64,000 nucleotides of DNA from Octopus vulgaris (lineage: Eukaryota), in contig OX597823.1 in the NCBI GenBank assembly GCA_951406725.2, forward strand, positions 116,002,001 through 116,066,000. Direction: 5' to 3'. A model generated the notes under the pieces. It worked only from the letters and a program-made list of their open reading frames with translations. It searched no databases and had not been told where the DNA came from. A program made the translations under genes and the position numbers. This document shows, one piece after another, positions 38,476-51,263 of this stretch. Within the stretch, counting starts at the first letter, position 1. Every line of letters begins with the position of its first letter.

Positions 38476-38667
38476 GACTATTGAAAAGGTTGCAAGACGC
38501 AGCGAAAATTCTAGGAAAATAAAAATAAGAAAAAGTGGAAATTTTACCGGTGAGTTTATTACATTATAAGGCACAAAAAAGAAAACGACTCTCCCCAGAC
38601 ACAACAGAATATGCTTCAACACACGAACTCATATAAAGAATCTTGCAAACCAAATCCAAAAACGAAA
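38476..38667 (+). mobile_element. Solo Penelope-like terminal fragment carrying a hammerhead-like variant
   Basis: Homologous to the ends of the Penelope locus; aatatttaca on both sides (possible target duplication). Confidence 0.75.
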
Positions 38668-39254
38668 TATTTACATCATTAATTCATAAAGACATTTCTG
38701 TGAAGAGATTTCATTGCAATCTTCCGTGAGTCTGGTTTGGTAATTGGGTGTTTTCCAACTGAATGGTCTCTTCTAGATGAGGTCTAAGCCCTGTATATGT
38801 GAGGAATATTATGATGTCGCTCTTGTCTGTTTAAACTCTATATTGAATCTACAACTGATGAAAGGCAAAGTATTTTTTGAGCCTTGATGAGAAACCTAGC
38901 CATTGGCTTATGGTTATTATATCTGTGTGACTACACTCTGTTCATCTGCCTTTCTGATACAAACATTGTGATGCAGGTTGTTTCGATATCACATTAATTA
39001 CAACTAAAGTGCACTGTAGAAATGCCTTGTTGTCTTCTCTGGTAAATAATTAGGATCAATTAACAGCAGTTTGATACCAATTGTCTTCTTGGGTGTAGGT
39101 TGGTTTAAAACTTGGAATAACTTTCAAATCTCAGAGACAGCTTTCAAAATAAGTACATTTCTCTACTTTATGATGTTTCCTTGTAATACTGTTGTAACTA
39201 TCCAACTTATTGTTCAGTTGCATAATTTTAGTTTTATGCTTCAAGCAGCCCCAA

Positions 39255-40840
39255 CAGAGATGCACTTCACAATACTGCACCAAAAATCATGGTCCTCCAT
39301 CAGTTTTAACAAATCCTCACTCTCATGCTGCATATTTCTGCTAATAACAGCAATACAGCTAAATGATCTTCATCCTGTATTAGGGAGTAGAAGTCTCTAA
39401 AATATAACATTAGATATTGCCTGTAGATAATCACGATAGCAATAATCTGCAAAGTCTATGCTGCCTTGAACAACAATAGTCAAGATGGAAGGAGTGTCAC
39501 CATAGTATCCTCTTTGCTCTTGTTGTCATGTTGTGGGATGTTTTGTGCCTTCATGAGAAGCTTGGTGTATTTATGAAAGCAGTTTTGATGCTTCTTTTTC
39601 ATAGACTAGGTTTCGGTCCCAGAGAAAACCATGCTCTCTACACAGGCCATAACAAAAGCTAGTCTTTTTCTTAACTTTGGAAGTTTAGGTGACCAGATGT
39701 GATAAGGCTTGTTACTAGCATTCCATACTTGTCTCCTGTATGCTAAGAATCTTACTCTCAACAATAATCTACACAACCTTGAATTTGTGCCATTATTGGA
39801 ACAAACAGGTGGATGGCTTTCACCTTCATTAATTGTCATGTACCCCATCTTCTTTGCATTGAGAAGTTAATTTAACTTTGGCTGCAGTATTCTCAAGTGA
39901 TATTAACAAGTCTTATGTATCTATACATCACAGAAATGGGGAGCTGTGAAGGCAAGGTAACCAGTGTAGGGAAGATCAGAGACATATAGGCTTTACTCTC
40001 TTTTACTTGTTTCAGTCAGTTGACTGTGGCCATGCTGGAGCACCGCCTTTAGTCGAGCAAATCGACCCCAAGACATATTCCTTGTAAGCCTAGTACTTAT
40101 TCTATCGTTTTCTTTTGCCGACCTGCTAAGTTACGGGACATAAACACACTAGCATCGGTTGTCAAGCGATGTTGGGGGGACAAACATATACACATACATA
40201 CATATACATACACACACACACACACATATGTACATATGTACGACGGGCTTCTTTCAGTTTCCGTTTATCATATCCACTCACAAGGCTTTGGTTGGCCCAA
40301 AGCTATAGTAGAAGACACTTGCCCAAGATGCCACGCAGTGGGAATGAACCCGGAACCATGTGGTTGGTAAGCAAGCTACTTACCACACGTTGACATTTAT
40401 ACAAGAAGGCACTAGCAGCTCACATCAAGTCCAAACCTGAAGAACTCAACAACCTCCATGATGGAAACATGCATGTTACCTTCTGGGCAGCAGTGAAGGT
40501 GCTTAACAACATGTGAGCTTCTCTAGGGGTCTGCTATATTAAGAAAACCACTGACCAGTATTTAGAAACCTGATTTCAGAGCTTCATATTGCTTCGTGGT
40601 AAAAGAGTGTTATAGCAGCTGGATGTTAATAATGGTGTGCATAATGTTGTTAGCATCCAACTAGACTTAAGTTGTTCATTACAGAATTTAATTCACTCCA
40701 TCCCATAAATAATAACTTTCATCTCAGATACACTTGGCTTGCTGCTGTAACCAGTATACAGAATGAGGGTTGAGTGTCTTTTCTAAGGGTACTGCATCAC
40801 TGGAGATATGATGTGTTCTGAAAACCATTTGGTTGATGAA
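39255..40840 (-). pseudogene. Decayed RTE/RTE-X-like LINE ORF, interrupted by a SINE
   Basis: IWSPKLPKLRKRLAFVMACVESMVFSGTET, terminal EDLLKLMEDHDFWCSIV, and a frameshifted NQNGFR-like motif near 40830. Confidence 0.6.
39993..40388 (-). mobile_element. SINE family A
   Basis: Reverse match to 931-1345. Confidence 0.88.
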
Positions 40841-41502
40841 TGGAACTCTCATGTGGCACAACACTTCCTCAAAGAAACAACTTCAGTCATATACGAAAAT
40901 TACTGGCTCAGTCATGTACTGTATCACCAGTCTAGTTAATCATCCATTTGCTATATCACCTGTTCCGCTATATACGACATCACCACTTCAGTCAAGTACT
41001 ATATCACAGTCAGTTAACCAGCCACAAACTCTATCACAGCCAGTCAATAATCAATCATTTCCCAGTATATTTAAACTTACTTCTAAAAACAAAACTCAAT
41101 TATTAAAATATAACCAACGTGTGGACATCCTTTTGCTGTTTGTGAACATTATATCAGATGTAAAAGACAAAATGTGCGGTAATTAGTTAATCTTATTTTA
41201 CAGTGAGGTGTTGCGATGATCGTCAGTAGAAGACGTTCCCTGATTTATTTGTAATTTTGTTGTTTTCAGTATCCACTTCTCCATCTCAACAACCTCGAAA
41301 TCTCAAACTCAATACAACACTAATTTAAATTTAACACTTCTCCTGTTTCAGTAAAACAACTTGTCATTAAAACTAACCCTCATGCCTTTACCAATGTTTA
41401 TGTGGCATCAGCAATTAGCTTCTAATTCCACCTGCAATCTCACTTACGATAATTGAATTACCTGCCGGATGTGTATCTCTTGTTCTTTATTCTTGCAGTG
41501 AA

Positions 41503-41543
<41 letters not shown>

Positions 41544-41896
41544 CACTCACACACACACACACACACACGTGTGTGGTCCTCATTTAAGACAATTTCTAGG
41601 ACATTAGCTTAATCTCATTGGTGTTATATGGTATCGTTTGGTGGAGGAGAAGCCAGTTCAATTTTCATTCTCAGCAAATGAAGACAACAAAATTTCCTTG
41701 CAATTCTGCAAATGTTGTGAAGCTAAAAAAGATGACAACACCTCTACTGATTGAAAGTGTTTTAGCCAAAGGTGATAATATGAATTATTTTGAAGAGGTT
41801 ATAGAAGTTGGATTTGTCTTATACAGAGAAACCATAAATTGGCAGAATAAACAAAACCACTAATTAATAATAATAATAATAATAGTAATAATAATA

Positions 41897-41942
<46 letters not shown>

Positions 41943-42394
41943 CTGAGGTTAAATATTGACTAGTCTTAACTATTTTCAATTGATATTTTTCTGTTAAGCA
42001 GATTTGGCATAGTTTATTGGAATTTTGATATTTTCTTGTGGTTTGTTAAGACATTTGGTTTTTACTGGTTGGATGCCCTTCTTACTGTCTTCATTGAATC
42101 AAATAAGAGGGAGTCGTCACTTCACCATATAATAGATTCCATCAGAATTCTGTGATTGCCTGAAACCCATAACATTGCAAGAGAAGCAATCAATCACTTA
42201 CACCAATCAACTCTTCTTTCCTTTTCTACCCTCTTTCTCTCTCCCTCTCTCTCTCTCTCTCTGTCTCTCTGTATACACTCATATATACATATATATTCCG
42301 TGTTGACTGTTGGAAAAATAAAGAGTACTTAGTACCGTAGAAGAGATTAATACTATAGAGAAAATGGGAGAGTTTTGATACACAAACACACATA

Positions 42395-42641
42395 TGTTCC
42401 TTCTTGAGCCATGCCAGGCTCATAAGGGCCAGTTTCCCGGTTTCAGTGGCATAGAAATTCCCCACCTGGACGGGACACTGGTCCCTCGCAGGATTACTCA
42501 TTTTTGCCAGCTGAGTGGACTGGAGCAATGTGAAATGAAGTGTTTAGCTCAAGAACACAATGCATTGCTCGGTCCAGGAATCGAAACCACAACCTTATGA
42601 TCATGAGTTCAACACCCTAACCACTAAGCCACGTGCCTCCA
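42395..42641 (-). mobile_element. tRNA-derived SINE, family C-related
   Basis: Reverse match to 5110-5315. Confidence 0.82.
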
Positions 42642-42669
42642 CATATGGGGAGAGAGAGAGAGAGGGAAG

Positions 42670-43480
42670 TGCAGGTGTAGCCTTGTGGTTAAGAATTCTG
42701 CTTTGTTTGCAGCCTCTTGGCTTCAGAGCAAGTGTTTTCTGCTATAACCCTAGGTCGATCATTGCTGTTTGAATGAATTTGGTAGATGAGGGCTGTGTGG
42801 GAATCCATCATGTATGAGTGTGTGTATTTGTGTTTGTCCCCTCACCATCATTCCACAATCAGTGTTGGTTTGTTTACATTCCCATAACATGGTGGTTCAG
42901 CAAAAGAAGGTCGATAGAATAAGTACCAGATTTAAGTACCAGAAAGGTGGCGAGCTGACAGAATCGGTAGCACACTGGAGGAAATGCTTGGCGGTATTTC
43001 ATCTGCTGCTATGTTCTGAGTTCAAATTCCGTTGAGGTTGACTTTGCCTTTCATCCTTTCGGAGTTGATTAAATAAGTACCAGTTATGCACTGAGGTCGA
43101 TGTAATCGACTTGATCCGTTTGTCTGTCCATGTTTGTCTTCTCTGTGTTTAGCCCCTTGTGGCTGGTAAAGAAATAGGTATTTCATCTGCCATTACGTTC
43201 TGAGTTCAAATTCCACCGAGGTCGACTTTGCCTTTTATCTTTCGGGATCGATAAATTAAGTACCAGATATGCACTGGGGTTGATGTAAATCGACTTAATC
43301 CCTTTGTCTGTCCTTGTTTCTCCCCTCTATGTTTAGCCCCTTGTGGGCAATAAAGAAATAAGAATAAGTACCAGATTTAAAAAAGAAAATAGTACTGAGA
43401 TTAATTCGTTTGACTCAACCCTCTAAGGTGGCACTCCAGCTTGGTCGCAGTTCAATGACTGAAACAAATAAAATTAAAGA
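42670..43480 (+). mobile_element. Old SINE A carrying a nested SINE B dimer (about 42945-43362)
   Basis: gaataagtaccagatttaa duplicated on both sides of the dimer. Confidence 0.8.
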
Positions 43481-43796
43481 CATAAATGTATACAACAGAT
43501 TCATACTCAGGGTGAATAAGTTATTATCTGCAAAGTTTCAAAGTAGCTGTTAACATTTTTGCAATGAGTGTTTGACTCAGTCTATGCCTTGAGTTCTTCG
43601 TTTAGTTTAGTTTTGCATATTTAAAAAGCCTGCATATATTTTATTTTTATTTATTTTATCTAGTTTCAGCTCACGAGCTGTGGCCATGCTGGGGCACCGC
43701 CATATATGTATTTGTTTATATATTGATGCTCACAGACTCGTTTCTGTTCTGTTTTAGTAATCTTTGTTGTCGCAGCTTATTGTCTGGAACTATATA

Positions 43797-44208
43797 TTAC
43801 TCTCTTTACTCTTTTACTTGTTTCAGTCATTTGACTGTGGCCATGCTGGAGCACCACCTTTAGTCGAGCAAATCGACCCCAGGTCTTATTCTTTGTAAGC
43901 CTAGTACATATTCTATCGGTCTCTTTTGCCGAACCGCTAGGTTACGGTGACGTAAACACACCAGCGTTGGTTGTCAAGCGATGTTGGGGGGACAAACACA
44001 GACACACAAACATATACACATACATACATATATATACATATATACGATGGTCTTCTTTCAGTTTCCGTCTATCAAATTCACTCACAAGGCCCCTGGTTGG
44101 CCCGAGGCTATAGTAGCAGACACTTGCCCAAGGTGCCACGCAGTGGGACTGCACCCGGAACCATGTGGTTCGTAAGCAAGCTACTTACCACACAGCCACT
44201 CTTATGCC
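43797..44208 (-). mobile_element. SINE family A
   Basis: Reverse match to 931-1345. Confidence 0.9.
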
Positions 44209-44682
44209 TACTCTTTTTTCTTTCCCCCCATTTTTTTTGCATTTTTTCTTCATCTTTTATTTTTTGTAAATTATATCCTTGTCCATATTTTGGAATAAAA
44301 ACATCTCTTCTGGTATTTCTCTGTTGTGTTCTCTACGACATTCCTATTTCTATTATATATATATACTATGTTTCACTCTCCAGTGCATTTTATAAATTCT
44401 TTCCATAGTCCTTCTCCATCACTCACCTCATCTCAGTGCTTCTACTTTCTTTCCAGCTACTAACCACTCAACATAAGCATGAATCCCTTCACTCACTTTA
44501 CATTTAATTCATCGATATTTCCTAATCAAGAAGGACCTATAATTACTATAGACACGTTTGCTACACCCTAATTAAAAGAAGTCATTCAGAACTTCTTTGT
44601 GGTTTGCTATGAACGAAGACTTTACAGTTCTTCTGAAAATGACTTCCATATCTTTTGACGTACAAGTTGACATAGTATATAG

Positions 44683-44880
44683 CAGCGTTTCTCAACTGGG
44701 ATTCCCTGGAACCGTAGGGTTCTGCAAAAGGTTCCTAGGTGTTCCACGAGAAAGAGTGTATAGTACTATTTCATGATTGTAATATTACTATACATGCACA
44801 ACATATTACTGGTTATTGTAATATTGTAATATAGACATCATCCTAGCTAACCTATGGTGTTATCAAAAAAAATAAAACAA

Positions 44881-44923
<43 letters not shown>

Positions 44924-45313
44924 ATATATATACCTGTCGCCATGATAGATTGGTAGCCACTACACACATTTTTTTCTCTCTCCTTGTTTCTTTCTGTGTT
45001 CCTTTCTGTAGAAGAGCGTAGGCTCGAAACATAAAAGTCTTTTTCAATTCTTGAGCGTTAAACTAATACAAGCAGCAGAAATATAACAAAAGCTGTTACT
45101 TGGAGTTTCACATTCCCATTTGTCGGACAGTTTTGTTGAAATAATTGTGATTTTGGTTCTATTTTAACAAAACTGTCTGACGAATGGGAACCTGAAACTC
45201 CGAGTAACAGCTTTTGTTATATTTCTGCTGCTTTTAAATAAAGCATATTACTCTACCTCTCGTATTTGAGTACTCTTTTTTCCCACCTTGTTTCACATTT
45301 ATGTGCTTACTCC

Positions 45314-45363
<50 letters not shown>

Positions 45364-45488
45364 ATATTTACCACATGAATTATGATGAAAAAGTATGAGA
45401 AAGATATAGTACACCTTTTTTTTGTGCAGGGGTCTTCATGTGATATATTTTCAGGGTTACACAAGGGTAGAAAGGTTGAGAAACACTG
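44683..45488. mobile_element. hAT-type MITE with Penelope-like inserts in its internal TA tract
   Basis: 14-bp TIR cagcgtttctcaac/gttgagaaacactg and perfect 8-bp TSD GTATATAG. Confidence 0.88.
45173..45210 (+). ncRNA. Minimal hammerhead-like motif (inverted partner at about 45092-45130)
   Basis: ctgt-CTGACGA-atg-ggaa-cct-GAAA-CTCCGAG-TA-acag. Confidence 0.6.
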
Positions 45489-45881
45489 GTATATAGTGTA
45501 AACATATAGTGTCAACATTCAAATATCCTCATTATTTTTCCCAAATCCTGCTGCATTCCGAATAGAATATTTTATACCCAAAAGTCATCTTGGTGTGTAA
45601 GTTTCCCTAGTTTTTTGGTTGTAAATTTTGGTTTGAAAAATTTGGCTTCTATGCTGGAAAATACTGTAATCAGAATTGTCTTAGAGTTTGATCTAAAAGA
45701 AACCCTCTGAGACTGACCTAGATCCTTACAGCTGACATGTAGTTTGATTACCTGCAAGTCAAAATTGGGTCTGGGTGGAGGCACTTCTGAGGAGCAGGAA
45801 TCATTGATAGAAAAGGAAAGACTGAGTGAGAAGACAGTAAATCAGTAGGAGTGAGGTTAAAGTGTGTTGGTGAGTGTTTAA

Positions 45882-46102
45882 CCCTTTTGTTACTGTATTT
45901 ATTTTGAGATGTTCTGTGTTTCTTTCGATTACTTTAAATATAACAAAGAATTTAGTAAAATAACTTAGTTATCATTAAGCTAGTGTTAGGAGCATAAATT
46001 GTGACTAAGGTTTGGTGGAAGGTTTTAATTCAAAACTTATGAAAACAAGACATTTGTACTACAGAGCCAGAACCAGTTTCAGCCGGGTTGGTAACGAAAG
46101 GG
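45882..46102. mobile_element. piggyBac-type MITE family 1
   Basis: TTAA TSD, TIR cccttttgttac/gtaacgaaaggg. Confidence 0.88.
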
Positions 46103-48303
46103 TTAATGTCAATCAACTAGACAGCCTTTTGTTTTCGAGTGTTAGTATAAGTGTGTAACAGCTCTGTCTGTCATGAATGAAGAGTGTTCCATTGTAGATC
46201 TCAATTGAGCTTTGTAGAGTATTAGTAATTACCAGGAGTCAAAATATTTTCCAGTTTTGAAGAACAAATATGGTGTTTTGTGACGAGGAAGTTTTTGCTA
46301 TAAAATCATCAACAATTGTACGGTTGAGCATTTGTGAAGATTTGGAGCATTTTCTTCTTGTGTTATCTATAACTGGAAGACTAGGGTACAAGGGAGTTTC
46401 CTTGATATGTGTATCATGACTTTCTTCAAGCTATGAAATGAGGAGATAAGATTGATGTGACCCCACTGAATAATGTTTTTGAAGTTTATATACGTGGAAT
46501 TGGAATACAAATTCATTTTTTCTTTTTGTCAATGTTAACCCTGACTTCATATTTTATTACAGAAGCATACTTTCCCCAATAATCTAGATTTCAGATCTAA
46601 CAGTTATTAACATCAGAAGCTATATTGCTTTCCACCAGACAAAATAAATACATCTTAATTGGTTTTTGTCGTTAGTTTGTTTTTTAATTTTTGCATTCAA
46701 TGCTAGCCTGGATATGATGGTGTATAAACTGGAATATTTGCAAAAATTGTAGAAAATAACTCTGTAATTTCATATTTGTGTTAATATCTTAACTATGAAG
46801 AATAAATAAAGTGACTTGTCTAAGAAGACAACCTACTGCCAAAGGCAAGATTTCAAACGTGTGACTTTTCACCTCTACTCCTGCACGTACATCAGTGAGC
46901 AATCTTCAGTATTCTTGGCCGCAAATTTTCTAGGTCACAGTTTAGCCTTTGGTAAAATTTCTGCCTAATAAACACACAAAAAACCAAACAAACAAAAGTA
47001 TTAATCAGTTTGTATATTTATTTAACAAGCAAGAAATTTTCAGCGTTCGATCAATATTTGCTATTTGACATTTATTTGTTGAAGAATTTACAAATAAAAC
47101 TAGTTGAAACAGGAGTAATTTGATGCTTTGCATGTCTAAAAGTCCTAGCCAGGCATCTATGAAGAAAATGGTATAGCCTGAGGAATATATTATATCTCAC
47201 CATCTTTTTCACATACATTCTTCCTCTAAGCAATATAAGAAGTTGGGGTGGAGGTAGAGTTATCAACAGACCTTCATTATCTTGCAGTTTTCAGATAAAT
47301 CAAAGCTGACTTACTCTGCTCCAACAAATGCTATTCCAATTCTCTTTTCATCTTCCACGATGCCAGAGATATAAACATGTTTACTTTGATTTATAAAGCA
47401 AACATATTTATTCCATGTTATATCAAGGAAAACACTGCTCAAAGCTCAGTCTTCTATGCAGAACATCAATATGGACTGGTTAGTTGTTGTTTATTTAGAT
47501 CAAGGTCAAACTTCCATCCATGACTTTCACTTCATTTTAAGTATCCAGGGCAGCATTGTTTAATGTGTTTCTTTTTTTAAAATGGTAAGGTGTTAATTGA
47601 GAGAGATTTGGTTAGTATTTATGATAAACTGAGCAATTGCATGAGATGGTGCTCAACAAATTAGTGCCGAATGTGCAATTTTGACCAGACAGTAGAATTT
47701 TGGTATCGGAAAAACTAAAAAAAAAAGCAAATAATCAAAAAGAAAAACACAAAACATGGTAAATTGTATGCAGAGTATGTAACTAACTGTGGTGCTTATA
47801 TCATGAGAAAGCATTGTTCATGTGTGTGTGAGTGCATGTGTGTGTGTGTGTGTGTGTGTACACATACATATAGTACTTTGTTCCAAAAGTAGCTTGTAAA
47901 AGTCTTCCAACAAAATTCTTACAGCTTCATAACTTCCATAAAAAAATGTGATCTGACATATATTGTAAAAGCTTAATGAACGCTTAATGATATGACATAT
48001 ATCTATTATAGATTTGGAATGCCAGTCACCTGCACAAAAACCACCTCAGGTGTAGAAGGCAGCATGCAAAGGATTTGCTCTATAGTTAAATGACTTAAGT
48101 TAGTCAGAACAGTTGGAATTTGTCAATCTGCAATTTTCTTTTATGCTGCTACCATAGTTAAAAAACACATAGAATATATTAAGAAATAGCTGATTGCTAA
48201 GTCAGTTCCATTGCTGTTTAACAATCACAAGTTTTGTCTCAACCGAAATAAGGAATGTACTGCTTGAATTTGAACCATAATATTTATGATGAACAATGAT
48301 AAA

Positions 48304-48523
48304 CCCATTTGATACCAACTTGGCTGAAGCCGGCTCTGGCTCTCAGTACAAATGTCTTGTTTTCATAAATTTTTAATTAAAATCTTCCACCAAACCTTAG
48401 TTACAATTTATGTTCCTAACACTAGCTTAATGATAACTAAGTTATTTTACTAAATTCTTTGTTATATTTAAAGTAATTGAAAGAAACACTGAGCATCTCG
48501 AAATAAATACAGTAACAAAAGGG
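48304..48523. mobile_element. piggyBac-type MITE family 1, opposite orientation
   Basis: Reverse complement of 45882-46102. Confidence 0.85.
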
Positions 48524-48530
48524 TTAAGGA

Positions 48531-48838
48531 ATCATCATCATCATCGTTTAATGTCCGTTTTCCATGCTAGCATGGGTTGGACGGTTTGACTGGGGTCTGA
48601 GAAGCCAGGCTCCACTCTGATCTGGCAGTGTTTCTACAGCTGGATGCCCTTTTTAATGCCAACCACTCCATGAGTGTAGTGGGTGCTCTTTACGTGCCAC
48701 CGGCACAGGTGCCAGGGGAGGCTAGCATCAACCATGATCAGTTGATGCTTTTTACGTGCCACCAGCATTGAAGCCAGTCAAGGCAGCTCTGGCATTGGCC
48801 ACATTTGGGTGGTGCTTTTTACGTGCCACCGGCACAGG
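48531..48838 (-). mobile_element. RTE LINE 3' UTR fragment
   Basis: (CAT)n gtttaatgtccgttttccatgctagc. Confidence 0.85.
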
Positions 48839-49019
48839 TAGGTACAGTATAAATTTCTGTTAAGACAAATGTGTTCTAAAAAAATTTCAGAAAGCCAGGT
48901 GTTGCAATGGGTTAAATGAAGTTCAGACTGGTTGTTGTTTCTACAAATCAGTTAATTTGAATAATAATTCTTTTGAAAACATGATCTAAAAAACTAAGGA
49001 ATGATAGATAATTCTTTTT

Positions 49020-49450
49020 CATTTTGGTTTATGGCCAGCAATTTCAGGAAGGGGTTAAGTCAATTCCATTAAACCTATTGTTCAAATGGTACTTATTTTA
49101 TCGACCCTGAAAGGATGAAAGGCAAAGTTAACTTTGGTGGAATTTGAACTCAGATTGTAAATACAGATGAAATGCCACTAACAATTGAGTACCGGAATCG
49201 ATGCAATTAACATACCTGCTTCCTTGAAATTACTAATCTTGGGCCAAAATTTAGAAATGTTATTAATAAGCAGTAATTATGAAGATTCACATCTATACTA
49301 ACATTCATATTATTAATATTAATAAGGTTGGCTTTGCTTTTCATCTTTTCAGGGTTGATAAATTAAGTACCAGTTGTGTACTGGGGTCAATCTAATCGAC
49401 TGCCCTCTTCCCCCCAAATTTCAGGCCTTGTGCCTAGAGTAGAAAAGAAT
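49020..49450. mobile_element. SINE family B fragments in both orientations
   Basis: Core on minus at about 49060-49180 and on plus at about 49325-49450. Confidence 0.7.
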
Positions 49451-50301
49451 GTTGGTAGTTTTAGGTAAAGGGATTTTTATAACAACTGAAATGTATTTTT
49501 GATAAATTTCTAGTATTTATACTCCAAGAAATGTCAGTTCAAACAGTCAGCTTAGACAAAGGATTCTAGGATTCTTTTATAAATTAGTGTGAGAAGAAAG
49601 CGAAGTGGCCATAAGCTATGCAGACTCTCCTTCACTTAAGAGTATGTAGTAGCTGATGTCTGTCTTGAATATATACAGGTTGATGTTGGCAGAGAAGGAA
49701 CCAAGGATCTAGTCTGTATTTTTGCAATAAAGTGAATAAATTCTGCTACAGGAAACCATTTCACAAACAAAGGTCAGGATCCATGAACTCTTCAAACTTT
49801 CTCATAGTGGTGAGATAGGTGTAGGTAATAACCAAGAATGCTGACTTGGCAATCAAGTATTTTATTGTCTGAAGATATTTTCTGCTGGCTAGACTCTCTG
49901 TTTTGTCAAGAAAGTGTCAGATTTCCTTAGACGAATATCTTGGAATATTTCCTCTGAAATAACATTCCTTACAAAATCAATTTCTTGTACTAATTGATCA
50001 TTTAGTCACCACTAATATATCACTTAATGGTATATAGGAAGACTGAGAAAGTATAAGAATGATTGATGGAGAGTATTTCATTTGGGTATGATAATTTGTC
50101 AGATGGAGTGAAAATTAATTGCTGAATCATTTTAGATGAATAAATACATTTCTTATTGCATCATCATCATCATCATCATCATCATAAATATGTATGTATG
50201 TATATGTATGTATATGTGTGTGTGTATGTCAATATATCTCGCTTAGGCATTGCGATGCTAATAGCCTAATGTTAGAACTCAGTATACATGTATTTCAGTG
50301 T

Positions 50302-50355
<54 letters not shown>

Positions 50356-50668
50356 GGAGGCACAATGGCCCAGTTGTTAGGGCAGCAGACTCACGGTCGT
50401 AGGATCGCAGTTTCGATTCCGAGACCGGGCGTTGTGAGTGTTTATTGAACAAAAACACTTAAAGCTCCACGAGGCTTCGGTGGGGGGGGGGGGGGGGTGA
50501 TCCCTGCTGTACTCTTTCACCACAACTTTCTCTCACTCTTTCTTCTGTAGGCCTGCTCGCTTAGCCAACGGGGTGGCGTAACTTGATGGCTAAAACAGTG
50601 TGAAGCGCATTGTGACCAGCGATGTGTAACAACATCTGATAGCCTGGTCGGTCACGTGATCGCATGAT
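50356..50668 (+). mobile_element. tRNA-derived SINE family C, full length
   Basis: ggaggcacaatggcccagttgttagggc...gtttcgattccg head; matches 1-180 and 52830-53092. Confidence 0.85.
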
Positions 50669-51263
50669 ATATATATACATATATTATTTTGTGTTATATG
50701 ATAATATGAATGATACAGTGGCTATGAGGTTAACAATTCTGGACTTCTCTGTACTACATGATTACAAGTTCAACCCTATCTACAGTTGTCACTGGGTCCA
50801 ATTCCTGAGCCAAACACATAACACTACCTGTTTCAGTTGACCTGATTAGCAGAAAACAGTTTTCACTCTTAATATCTGATTGGGATAAACTAGAAGACCA
50901 GCTCGACTAAGCAAGCATGGAAAATGTAAAATAATGAATTTGAAAAAAAGCTAGGAATTGATACAATGCACTTAATTTGCTTCACATAAAATGAAATTTA
51001 AATATCTATGATAATATTTCTCTTGAAAGTTGCATGAACTTTAATCATATCTCTATATACATAGTGTGTATAAGTATCTGTATATGAATGTGCATTTGTT
51101 CAAGTGTGTATATTTATAAATATGTGTGTATATTTCTGTACATGTATTTAGATAATAGCTTCTATCTTACAGAACCTACTTAATTAGACAAAAAGTCTTA
51201 TTCTCAAGAAGAGCAATATCTTTAGTCCTGTTAACAATTTGTCAACCAGCCTCATTCCTAATA

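Noticed and set aside
38855-38900. CTGATGA-AAGGC...GCCTT hammerhead-like start
   Set aside because: GAAA is displaced by five bases and no stem I forms
40833-41186. 117-aa S/Q/P-rich ORF
   Set aside because: Low-complexity, starts at TTG next to a LINE remnant, no recognisable domain or splice support
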